Below, one piece after another: positions 23,206 through 34,493 of a stretch of DNA of 64,000 nucleotides. Source of the DNA: Selaginella moellendorffii. Its lineage: Eukaryota; Plantae; Lycopodiophyta. Position 1 is the stretch's first letter. Each line of letters begins with the position of its first letter. Location of the stretch: the NCBI RefSeq assembly GCF_000143415.4, contig NW_003314335.1, positions 278,113 to 342,112 on the forward strand, read 5' to 3'. Below the pieces are notes generated by a model that saw only the letters and a list, made by a program, of their open reading frames with translations, was not told the origin of the DNA and searched no databases. The translations under genes and the position numbers were made by a program.

Positions 23206-24329
23206 TTACTTCAACACAGCATATTTTATTTTAATTTTGATATAGCTTTCACAAAAATCATATGGTTTGAAATCTGATTTTTGTAAAACATAAAGTAGAA
23301 TTGAATAGAATTATAAATATACATAACATGAAATCTAATTTATATAACTATAATTATAGATAGCATAGTTTTGAAATTATAGATTGATATAGTTTTTAAT
23401 GTATATATAACTTATAGTATTATTATAAAGTGGAATATAATATAGTTTTCAACGTAAATAATGACTATTTTAGAACTAAAATATAATACATTTTTGTTTG
23501 CTTAGGAATATAGTTAAAATATACTTAGGTATATTTTATTATTAATGGTTATTATACATTTAAATTGGGGTTTTGCGTGATGGCTGGATCAATCGCGGTT
23601 GTAGGAGACGGGAATGGCGACACTGGCCTGGATCTTGGAGCTCTGGTGGCGGCGTCGACTGGAAAGAGGTAGTCTGGCTCCTGGATTGCAATCGTGTTGT
23701 TGTTAAGCTCTTGCTGCTCACGCTCGCAACATCCTGTGCTTGTGATCGAGAAGAGTTTTCATTCACTGGGTTCTGGATGGATCATTCGATGGAAATCATT
23801 CGACGAAAGAAATTTCCACTCACAAACCTATCTTTGCGTTGGCTGAATGCCTGTGAGAAGAACAAGAGCTATGAATCTCGCTGGATCAATAAAACCTTTC
23901 GGGCATTGGCGTACACCATCCACCTCCTCGTGAACTTGGCGTAGTACGACGCCACGGGCTCCTGGTACGGATCCCAATGGTTTTCAAAACATAGCTTCCT
24001 TATTATGGCTACATTTTGTCTTTGTTTCTTTCTCGTGGATGAATTTCTAGAATTTTTTTTATCTAAGACTAAACCACAGACTACTGGAAAGATTCATTTT
24101 GATGCTTTCTCCATATCGTTTCTAAAGCTTGCAAGAAGCCCCAGTTGAGTGAATCCAGCTTGCTTGACGAGATCTCCTTATCAAAGATAAACTATTATGC
24201 GAGCAGTTAATCCGGGCTACTTTGTTGATTTTGCTATAAATCTCTTGCCAAAGGAAGGACAACAAGAGCTCGCGAACAAGAAGGCAATGGGGCTAAACAC
24301 TAACTCTATGTCAAATAGTAAATGTTCTA

Positions 24330-24455
24330 CAATGTTAATAAGGGAGTATTTTCAAAATCAATGGCTCCCCGATGAGATACTGCTTAAGATCTTTGAGCTG
24401 CTCACAGGGGTGGCATTCGTTTGCCATTACTGGAGGCGCTTGTGCCAATCTGAGG
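24330..24455 (+). pseudogene. Isolated F-box motif fragment
   Basis: WLPDEILLKIFELL...VCHYWRRLC followed by a GT donor; no convincing downstream exons. Confidence 0.5.
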
Positions 24456-24777
24456 TATGTTATCACAAGACTCCATATTTTTTTCTTGCCATTCTCTCCA
24501 AGAAGCATTGACCAGGTTTGCAAGGTGCGTGAGGTTTTTGGCATCTTCCTTTTTTTTGAATCAATGGCACAGCGTTCACGGGCTTGGTCCTCAAACATTT
24601 ATCCACAATCTCAAATATGGTAGCTTCGCCTTCGCTGCTCGCGAACTTAAGTGCTTGTTGACTTATCATTGACTTTTGTTACTCGTTTTTACTTCATATT
24701 GAGTAGATTGACTTCTCATTGACTTGACTTTTTGAGACCGCGTATGATGTACGCTAACATATATCATTGGAGACCAC

Positions 24778-25594
24778 TTACCTTCGCAGTAGCGAAAGAT
24801 GATCTAGCTCAAGAGGTCGTAGGTTGTACTGGAGCACCTTCCTTTTGATCTTGGAAGTGTCAACCCATGTCACAAAGTCTTCCATGTTTCTCCTCACCAG
24901 AAACGCTGGATCTGTGATTGTGTCTGGTCCTACTCTGATATCTGTGATCATGCCTGTCAAGGAAAACTTCTTTGATCTAGCGAAAACAAAAAAAAAAAAA
25001 ACAAAAAAAAGAGAGGATACGTCCTTGCTCCACAAACGTCACTGCGTCCTTGAGATTCTCGGCAAAGTGGAGCTTCACTAGCACCACTGCCAATCTCCTC
25101 CTGAGAAAACAAGAGAAGAGAGTAACAACATATTTGATTCTCAGTGGAAAGAGATGGAAAGTTTTTTTACCTGCAAAGCGCTGAAGCAGCAAGACTCTCG
25201 CATTGAGCCAAGCTCTTTTTCGTCGGGATGATTCCCATGTTCTACCTGGAAGAATTTCTAAGCAAAGAGCACAAGAAAAAAAAAGAGTGATGTTTCTTAC
25301 AATTTGTCCAGCACCTGGTCAGTCATTTGTATCCGGAATGGATCTTTTGGATCGAGCTTCTTTAGAATGCTGGTGAGCTTAGAAACCATTCCACAGATCT
25401 TGTTATAGCTGACCAAAACAGGGACACAAAATCAGCGCTCGCGAGAGAAAACAAAGACGCTACTCACTGCTTGTAATCGTCGCGGCTGGTGATCCTGTAG
25501 CGCTGCGGACCTCCCGCGAGTTCCTCTCGCGCTTCCATTCCAAGAAATTCACCTTCTTGAGCAGCCGCTGCTCGTGGAATTTGAGCTTCCTCAT
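24778..25594 (-). pseudogene. IMP3: U3 snoRNP protein IMP3 pseudogene
   Basis: MRKLKFHEQRLLKKVNFLEWK, RRRLAVVLVKL and [28 protein letters not shown] frameshifting deletion lies between EVR and QRYRIT (~25505) and the C-terminus is aberrant. Confidence 0.85.
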
Positions 25595-25657
25595 CGCGCC
25601 CCCAAGAACCCTAACAAGACCCTAGCTCAAGAAGCCTAGGCCCAAAGTCTTGGAGGA

Positions 25658-27098
25658 ATGCTGGGCCGCAATCGGGGTAAGAGTGGGGTCTCTAGCCTGC
25701 GAATCTCCCTAGGCGCTAGCTCTCGATTTACACGCGCTGGCTCTTATCTCGGCCGCTGGCGCGGCGTTAGAAAGACACATTCCTGGAGCTCTGACGAGGA
25801 ATTGGAGATGGAGGTCGATGTAGACGATGAATCCGTGGAAATGCCGGATCTGGACGCGCAGGAGCTAGATTTCCACGCAAGAATGCGAAGAAGCAATCCG
25901 GTAAGAAGCCTCTCTCCAAAGCAAAGATGAAGAAGCTGCTCAAGCAAGAGCTCGAGAAGGAGAGAAAGTCCAACGTTTTCCACTCCTTCTCGGCCTTCTA
26001 CGAAGAACAGTATGGAAGCGCTCGGTGGAGCTCCTTGATGGCGTGCCTCTTGTCAAAGCCCCGCGTTGCATGCCTCGTCAACAAGTGCTGCAACGACGCC
26101 AGCGTTCCTCCATCGCCAAATTCCACTTGAGTTCCATCCTCAAGCTTCTGGCCTACGAATCCAACGAGCTCTTCCCTCATCCCGAGCGCGACACCCAGAA
26201 CGTCTTCGACTATTACCTGATGGATGCCGCGTCCGTTCTTGTCACCGAGGCTCTGGATCTCGAGATGGGCGACAAAGTCTTGGATTTGTGTGCTGCTCCC
26301 GGAGGGAAAACTCTGGGAATTTTACAGCAGCTGGATCTCCTCCAAGCCTCGCTGGTAGCAAACGAGCCATCGCCAACAAGGAGCAAGCGGCTGTCGAAGG
26401 TACAGAACTCTTCGTTTTTAGTTTTTCTTCTTTCATTTTCTTCTTTTCTTTCAAGTGATCAGGGTTTCAGCTTTGCAGGTTATCTCCGAGTACGTGCCAG
26501 AAAATCTAAGGACTTCCATTCGAGTCACCCGTCGCAATGGCATTAAGTGGACCGAGTATGATCTCTATGACAAGGTGCACCGTTCGCTCACGCTAGCTAG
26601 GAATATGATCAACGTGTTCACGGGGTATTTGTTCGTAGGTGTTGGTGGACTCGCCTTGTTCCTCTGAGCGACACTTGCTACACGATCCAAAGGAGCTCGG
26701 GACATGGACACCCCGACGCACGGAGAATTGTGCAAAGAGGCAGCTCGCACTCTTGTTTGCCGCTCTACGAGCAGCCAAGCTCTATGGTAGGATTGTCTAC
26801 TCGACGTGTTCACTCAGTCAGCTAGAGAATGACAGTGTGATTTCAAATGTGGGAGCACTGAGGCCATTGTTTATACTTTATTTTTTTCTTCCTCTTTCTT
26901 GCGGTTCCAGCTTTAACCTTTGGAGTGACAGGCAATAGAGAAAGGTAAGCTTGATTTCGAGGTGATCCACAGGCAGTGGCCGGTGGGCGAGAAGACGGAG
27001 CACGGCAGGATTGTCCTCCCTGACGTTTCTCAAGGATGGGGTCCAATCTACATTGCGGTGCTCAAAAAGCTTAGCCATAGCTTCAAAACACGAACATG
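25658..27098 (+). pseudogene. NOL1/NOP2/Sun RNA m5C methyltransferase (NSUN3/4-like), frameshifted, head-to-head with IMP3
   Basis: YYLMDAASV, VLDLCAAPGGK, LVDSPCS, IVYSTCS and GWGPIYIA motifs. Frame breaks near 25925 and 26110; the 3' end runs into the hAT terminus. Confidence 0.75.
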
Positions 27099-28247
27099 AA
27101 CACGAACATGGCATTCAATTTTTTGAACACGAACACGGAACACAGAAATGAACACGGATAAACACGGGTGAAAACACAAATATTTTCTAGAATATTCTAC
27201 TTATCACTCCATCTCATCTAGAAGCTCCTCATTAGCAAGATCATCATCTTCGTCTTCGTCCTCTTCTTCCATACCTTCAATATCAGCATCAATAATTTGA
27301 GGAATATTTCCTGTCTGGCTCAATCCCACAAACTTGTCATAGGAAATGTGGCTCCCTATCAACTTGGTATTATTGGCCACAAATACCAAGTCTGCAATCC
27401 GGCTCACTACTAAGCAATTCCTCTTCTTTGAAGTGATGTGCCCAAAAATGTTGAACAATCGCTCCACAGATGAAGAAGAACTTGCCTGACTAAGCACTCA
27501 AATTGTCAACCTTTGCAAATCTGGACCTGAGTAGCCATTGTCCTCCCACCACTGCATAGAACCCTTTGTTGTATGATCCATCTGAGAGTCCCTAGTGCCA
27601 AAACTACCCTCCAAGTTCCTGTATTGGCAAAGCTGATTTTTTATAGTTGACCTTTCATGATAGTCAGGGAACTGGATCTCCAAGTACATGTTCCAATCTT
27701 TGGAAACTTCCCTGGATTTTTCCTGTCCTCGCCCCTGAAACTCTGGATCAAGCATGTATGCCATGGAGTGAAAGGTGCTATGATAAGCCCACCACCTGTT
27801 TGAAATCAGTTGGTTTAGCTCCTCATACCTAAGATTGTTCTCTTCTTGTTGACGGATGTTCTCGCTCATCTGATCCATCCCCTCGTAGACCTTCCCAATC
27901 ACAGGCACGTCTCCGTCAACCATCCGTAGCAAATACATCACCCTCCTTGAAACACCCAGCATGTGGTTAACCTCGTTCCAGTATGTATCGTTGAACACAA
28001 TTCCTTGGCATGCTATCCCAGAATCTGTCCTTGACTCTAGCCTTGCATTGTAAGCGTCGCTCACAAACATTTGTTGTAGCTTTGGCCTCAGCTCCACCAA
28101 TCTCTCCATCATAAGAAAGTTGAAGGCAAATTGTGTTTCACTGAACTTCAACACTCGTCGTGAAGAGAAGGATGCCAAAATCGCTACTAGATGCGAATGG
28201 TTCCAGAGGAAGCCAACCAGAGTCTTTCCCTTGTCTAGCAGCCCAAC
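27076..28247 (-). mobile_element. hAT DNA transposon remnant (C-terminal transposase with dimerisation domain), truncated by LTR insertion
   Basis: LLRMVDGD, HSMAYMLDP, WWEDNG...LQRL and SSSSVERLFNIF...KRNCL motifs, with an internal TGA at 27498-27500. GAACACG subterminal repeats at 27090-27170. Confidence 0.88.
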
Positions 28248-28511
28248 TGTCAGGAATCCCTCAATTCTTGCCACATTCTTGACTCTCACCAGATTCTTGA
28301 CCTGCAGACCACATTTTTGACTCTCAAGACACTTCCCTATTCCTGACTCTCTGATTTCCTGTACGATTCTTGAGTCTCGAGCCAGATTCCTGATGATGAT
28401 GTGGCGCCTCCTCGACCTCAGCTATATTTAGGCCGTTCTCGATCTAAGAGTGGTGGAGCTTCATCAACCTATAGTATATATAGATTAGCTTTGTTCCATT
28501 TCTCCACAATC
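28248..28511 (+). mobile_element. Diverged, 3'-truncated LTR of the chromovirus family
   Basis: Starts TGTCAGGAATCCC and aligns to 29292-29580 with many transitions. Confidence 0.85.
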
Positions 28512-29291
28512 AGGATCAACCCCATCGCTGATTCGAACTAAGTCACCAACACCCTCCGCTTCCATCACTTGAACCCAAAAGGTCCGACATCCCCTCTTAG
28601 CTGCTTTTTGAGCGGCCCTCGCAATCAGGAACTTTGCATCCCAATCCTTTGAGGAACGCTTTTGCAACTGAAAGGATACATTAGGACGTCCTTCTGACTT
28701 CAACTTGATACGACTTTGTCCAGCACCATAAATCCCTTTTATATACTTGTTGAAGAAATCCATACCAAACACCATCTGAAAATCTAGTATCTTCAACACT
28801 ACCAAGTCTACTCTTTCTTTCCACTTGGATATTTTTATTGGAACATCACTCACAAACTTTCTAGCTACTTGCCCACCTTCTGCAAACTGGAAGTGCATAG
28901 GTGACATTTGCTCGCATTCAATCCTAACAACTTAACTAAGTCTTCGGATATCACGTTGTGCGTAGCTTTCGTGTCAATCATCACTCGGATTCGGTGTCCA
29001 CAGACAAAGCCTACCAAATACATCAACGAATCAGTGTTTGCATTGACTGCAAGAAAAGCTTGAGGAAAGCAACAAAAGTTACTCACCTCTTTTTCCTCAT
29101 AGTCTGCATTGACCAACTCGTCAACCCCTTCAGCTTCACCACCACCGTCTTCCCTCATGACATTAACACGAGACCTTGTCTTATGCTTGTTGGGACATTC
29201 TAAGGACCTATGTCCCGACTCTCCACAATGGAAACAATGACCCACACTACCCATTCCGCTAGGAGCAGGTTTTGCAGGTTGCTGCTGCTTG
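28512..29291 (-). mobile_element. Fragment of a second Ty3/gypsy element (gag Zn knuckle + aspartic protease)
   Basis: CFHCGESGHRSLEC (CCHC), VMIDTKATHN (degenerate DTGA), MVFGMDFF; frameshifted. Confidence 0.8.
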
Positions 29292-29776
29292 TGTCAGGAA
29301 TCCCCCAATTCTTGCCACATTCCTGACTCTCGCCGGATTCCTGACCTGCAGACCACATTCCTGACTCTCGAGACACTTCCCTATTCCTGACTCTCGAGAC
29401 ACTTCCCTATTCCTGACTCTCGAGACACTTCCCGATTCCTGAGTCTCGAGTCACATTCCTGATGATGATGTGGCGCCTCCTCGACCTCAGCTGTATTTAG
29501 GCCGTCCTCGATCCAAGAGTGGTGGAGCTTCATCAACCTATAGTATATATAGGTTAGCCTTGTTCCATTTCTCCACAATCTGAATCAACACCAGTCTAAG
29601 GCCTCTTCTTTGTTTTCACTAGCTTTTTCTCTTTGTCTTTAGCATTTTCCAGTCTTGATCTTGTTGGGGGTCTTGACAGTTTGATTCAGATTGTGTTTTT
29701 TTGCTTTTCTTTTAGCTTGTTTTGATTATTTGATTGCCTTTGTCTTTTCCCCCCTTTCTTTTCTTTCTTCTTGCCA

Positions 29777-30748
29777 ATGGAGTCTCCAAGCCATTCTGAT
29801 TTCTTTGCTGAAGTCCTTGCAAAAATCCAGTCTGAGAATACCGAGCTGAAGGCAACCCTTCTTCGCATGCAGCAGGAGCTTGCTTCACTTTCGGCTCAAG
29901 GATCCAGCAAAGTTCCTGAACCGAAGGTGAGTTTCCCGGCGAAATTTTCAGGCAAGCGTTCGGAGCCTCGTGGATTTTTGAATCAAATGGAGCTGATCTT
30001 TGCACTTCATCATCGGCGGTACCCCACTCCCGAGTCTCAAATCGGCGCGATTGGGACATTGCTCGAGGGTGCAGCTTTGTCATGGTTTTCTCCTCTTCTG
30101 GAGAAGAGCATGAAAGGGGTCGTGGTTCCGGAGCTGATGGATCTTCAATTGTTCAAAGAGAAGCTCGAAGCATGTTTTGGCGAGACGGATCGGGTTCGGG
30201 CTGCTACCACAAAGATGAGACGTCTCTCTCAGGGGTCTCGTCCTGCCTCGATCTACGCTGCAGAGTTCCAACTCCTTGCCTTGGACACTCAGTGGGATGA
30301 GCGGGCCCTGATTGACCAATTTCGTTTCGGCCTCAACAACGGTGTCAAGGATTTGTTGCTCACCATGGAGGATCCCAAGGACCTGTCGGACACCATCAAC
30401 AAAGCTGTTCGATGTGACAATCGTCTCTTTGAACGTCGTCAGGAAAGTCGCCGCGCCGCTATTTTTCCGTCCCAGACTCAGGAATCCCAGCTTGAGTCTT
30501 CGGGGCATAGTCCTGAACCTACTGCTCCGGTCCCGATGGATATTTCTGGTACTCCCCGACTCATTAGAGGGAAGTTGAGTCCTGCTGAGAGGCAACGTCA
30601 AATATCTCATAATCTTTGCCTCTACTGTGCTGATCCTAATCACAAAGCAGCTGTGTGTCCCAGGAAGCCTCCCCGATTGCTCGAGTTCACTCTGCCTCAA
30701 AGTCCACCACTGTTGCAGTCGGGAAACGACCCTATCCAAACAGAGTAG
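29777..30748 (+). CDS. Gag (intact, PEG10/sushi-like) with CCHC knuckle
   Basis: [34 protein letters not shown] and [14 protein letters not shown]. Confidence 0.9.
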   Translation: MESPSHSDFFAEVLAKIQSENTELKATLLRMQQELASLSAQGSSKVPEPKVSFPAKFSGKRSEPRGFLNQMELIFALHHRRYPTPESQIGAIGTLLEGAALSWFSPLLEKSMKGVVVPELMDLQLFKEKLEACFGETDRVRAATTKMRRLSQGSRPASIYAAEFQLLALDTQWDERALIDQFRFGLNNGVKDLLLTMEDPKDLSDTINKAVRCDNRLFERRQESRRAAIFPSQTQESQLESSGHSPEPTAPVPMDISGTPRLIRGKLSPAERQRQISHNLCLYCADPNHKAAVCPRKPPRLLEFTLPQSPPLLQSGNDPIQTE

Positions 30749-33700
30749 GAGCTGTCTGTTTGGACTCCCCAAATAAAAATCACTTTTCTTCCTTATCAAG
30801 CTCCTCACCACCTTTCATCAAAGCCACCACCAATTCCCGCAACTTCCGCGTCCCATGTCTCCTTTCTTTCACCGGACAATCAGGACTCAAGGCTTTGGCG
30901 CTACTGGACTCGGGTGCAACTTCCTGCTTCATGGACACGGACTTTGCTGCCCGACATCACGTTCCTCTTTCTCCTACTATACGGGATCTGAGGGTTGAAG
31001 GCATCGGCGGGCATTTTGTGTCTCCATCTTCTGGACTTAGGGAAACGTTGCCCGTTCAAGTACACATCGGGTCCACCGTCACCGATATCGCCTTCAACAT
31101 CATCAACAGCAAGTCTTCCTCTGTGGTGCTCGGTCTTCCTTGGTTCCAACTACATCAGCCTCAGATTTGTTGGAAGGACTTACAGCTCATCTCTCCCACA
31201 TCACCATCTCCCACGGCTTCCCCTGGTGTTCATCGAGTCCGAATCAGGAAAAGTTCCCTAAACTCAAGTCGGGGTTCTGTTCCTGACTCTACGCAGTTTT
31301 CATCCTCTTCTTTTTCCTCTCTTCCATCTTACACTGGACAGTATCCTCGTCTCATCATTCCATTTAGTCGTACCCCTCCTCCTATCTCCACAATCACTAT
31401 GAAAGAACTCCTTCATGAAGAACCTCTTTTTCTTTTTGCTTTGCATGTTTCTCCTGTCAGTCTTCCTGAGAAGTATCATGATTTTGGGGATGTGTTTGAC
31501 AAGAAAAAAGCTAGTGTACTGCCTGTTCATCGGCCTTATGATTGTCCCATTGATTTACAGGAAGGAGCATCACCTCCGTGGGGGCCTATCTACGGGTTAT
31601 CCCCGTCCAAGCTTAAGGCCCTCAAAGAGTACGTGGATGAGAACCTTGCCTCGGGCTACATTCAGCATTCGCAGTCCCCGGCTGGAGCGCCTGTCTTCTT
31701 TGTCAAGAAGAAGGATGGGAGCTTGCGGCTAGTCATCGACTACCGAGGTTTGAACAAGGTGACTGTTCAGAACCGTTATCCGCTGCCCCTGATCTCGGAC
31801 CTGTTGGAACGCCTCGGCGGTGCCCGCTTCTTCACCAAGATCGACCTCCGTGGAGCATACAACCTGATCTGGATCCGGCCTGGTGATGAATGGAAGACTG
31901 CATTCCGAACCCGCTATGGCCACTTCGAGTACACTGTCATGCCATTTGGCTTGACAAATGCTCCAGCGGTTTTCCAACACATGGCGAACGACGTTTTTCG
32001 GGAGTTTCTTGATCAAATGGTGATCGTCTACCTCGATGACATCCTCATCTACTCAAAAACTTAGGAGGAGCATGACGAACATGTTCGCAAGGTGCTAGCG
32101 AAGCTGCGAGAACACAGCCTATACGCGAAGCTTGAGAAATGTTCCTTTGATCAGCAGTCTGTGGAGTTCCTTGGGTTCATTGTCACTCCTGAGGGTATCA
32201 CGATGGATCCTGCTAAAGTCAAGACTATTCTCGAATGGGAGCCTCCACAATCAATGTCAGACGTTCAGGTTTCCTTGGCTTTGCCAACTTCTACCGCAAA
32301 TTCATTGATCACTACTCTGACATTGTCCTTCCTCTCACACATCTCACTCGCAAGGATGTTCCCTTCTCTTGGTCTGCTGCTGCCCAGCAGGCCTTCGACA
32401 CACTCAAGGCGGCCTTCAGTTCTGCTCCTGTCTTGATCCATGCTGATTCCTCACAACCTTTCTTCATCGAGGCTGACGCCTCCGACTTTGCCATTGGTGC
32501 TGTGCTATCTTAACTCGGAGCGGATCACGAACTTCATCCGGTCGCTTTCCATTCTCGGAAATTCCAGCCTGCGGAGATCAATTACGAAATCCACGACAAG
32601 GAGCTTCTTGCCATCGTGGATTCCTTTGGAGAGTGGCGCCGTTTCTTGGAGGGGGCGAGCCATCAAACAACAGTCTGGACGGATCACAAAAATCTCGAGT
32701 ACTTTGCCACTTCCCGAGTTTTAAGCCGTCGTCAAGCAAGGTGGGCACAATTCCTGAGTCGGTTTGACTTTGTTATCAAGTACAGACCTGGAAAGTTTCA
32801 AGGCCTTCCTGATGCTCTTTCAAGGCGCTCCTATCTCAGTCTCAGGCTTGGTAATCCTGCCTTCGATCAACAGGATCAAGTTATCCTCGGTCCTGATCGG
32901 CTTCAAGTTATGGCAATTTCCCTGGCCCCTCAGGACTCCTCCTTGATGGATGCAATCAGAAACGATCTTCAATCCGATGATCTTGCTAGCGACATTTTTC
33001 CCCATCTTTAGGCTGGACACCCAGTGACTCTCGACTGCCGGCGATTTGACGAGTTCGAGTTCTTAGATGGCTTATTGTACCGTGGGGAACAGCTTTACGT
33101 TCCTGAAGGTGATGCTCGAAGGTTGATCCTGATGGCGTGCCACGATAGCCCGACTGCTGGTCACTTCGGCATTGCGAAAACCTATGAGCTAGTTGCATGG
33201 GACTTTTGGTGGCCTCACATGGACGACTACATCAAAGCTTTTGTTACCTCCTGTGACACTTGTGCCCGGAATAAGGTACCTCGCCACCTTCCTTCAGGTT
33301 TGCTTCGTTCCCTTCCGGTCCCTTCAGGTCCTTGGGAATCCATCTCCATGGATTTCTTGAGTGATCTTCCGAGTTCTGGAGGCTTCAACAGCATTTTAGT
33401 CGTGGTGGATCGCTTCACAAAGATGGCGCACTTCTTGCCATGTACCAAGGAGTTTTCGGGCGAGGACATGGCAAAACTGGTATTCAGGGAAATTTTCCGA
33501 CTTCATGGGATTCCTACAGATGTGGTTTCGGATCGGGGGCCTCAGTTCATCTCTCATTTCTGGCAACGGTTTTTGCAGCTGCTTGGAGTGAAGGCCAACC
33601 TCTCTTCGGCATATCATCCTCAAACTGATGGGCAGTCCGAGCGAACGATTCAGACGTTGGAACAATTCTTGAGGTGCTTCATCAACTATCATCAGGATAA

Positions 33701-34493
33701 CTGGTTCGATATCCTTCCCCTTGCTGAGTTCTCCTATAACAACTCTGTTCACTCCTCTCTTCGAGTTTCCCCCTTCTTTGCGAACTCTGGCCGAAATCCC
33801 CAATTCAATCTCTCACTTCCTTCTCCATCTGAATCCTCTCGTTCAAATCCCCGCTCTGAATCATTTATCTCCAACCTTCAGGAAATCCACAACTCCATCT
33901 CCTTCCACCTCCATCGTGCTCAGGAATCTCATAAAACATTTGCCAATGTCCATCGTCAGAATTGTCCCCCTTACAATATCGGGGATAAAGTCTGGCTCCT
34001 CAGGCGAAATATCTCCACCACTAGGCCCTGTCCAAAACTCGATTTCAAACGCCTTGGTCCTTTCCCTATCACTGCCATCATTAATCCTGTCACCTATCGC
34101 CTTGCACTTCCCTCCTCATATCAAATTCACCCCATTTTTCACTCCTCTCTCCTTGAGCCTTATATTCCCAGTCCTATTCCAAATCGGGTCATTCCTCCAC
34201 TTCCACCAGTGTAGCTCGAGGATGGGTCTGAGTACGAGGTTCAGGACATCCTTGATTCCAAGATTTCACGATCTAAACTCTACTATCTGGTGGACTGGAA
34301 GGGTTACGGACCTGAGGAACGCACTTGGGAACCTGCGGACAACCTGATTCATTCTCCTGACCTTGTTCAGGACTTCCACCGCTGCTATCCTTCTCGTCCC
34401 AGTCCTCATTCTTTTTCTCCATCTCCCATCCCTCACCGCTCATCTCATCCTCCTCTTCGTTCTCGTTCACATCCTCGTTCCACTCGTTCTTGA
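30721..34493 (+). pseudogene. Pol in the -1 frame (PR-RT-RNase H-IN-chromodomain), disrupted
   Basis: LLDSGA, YLDD, ADASD, GH..HHCC, SMDF...SDRG, GPF, EYEVQDILD..YLVDWKGY..TWEP. Stops at 32062, 32511, 33009 and 34212; frameshift ~32270. Confidence 0.9.

Noticed and set aside
23570-23990. GC-richer patch with exon-like pieces (HWDPYQEPVASYYAKFTRRW on -) next to CYP-B, as a fourth cluster gene
   Set aside because: No coherent gene model or family assignment could be built.
29318-29460. CRISPR-like array of ATTCCTGACTCTCG repeats
   Set aside because: No unique spacers; it is a tandem repeat inside the LTR U3 of a eukaryotic retrotransposon.
30080-30811. 243-aa antisense ORF over gag, and the many other shadow ORFs over GC-rich genes
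   Set aside because: No recognisable motifs; expected from codon bias on the opposite strand or alternate frames.
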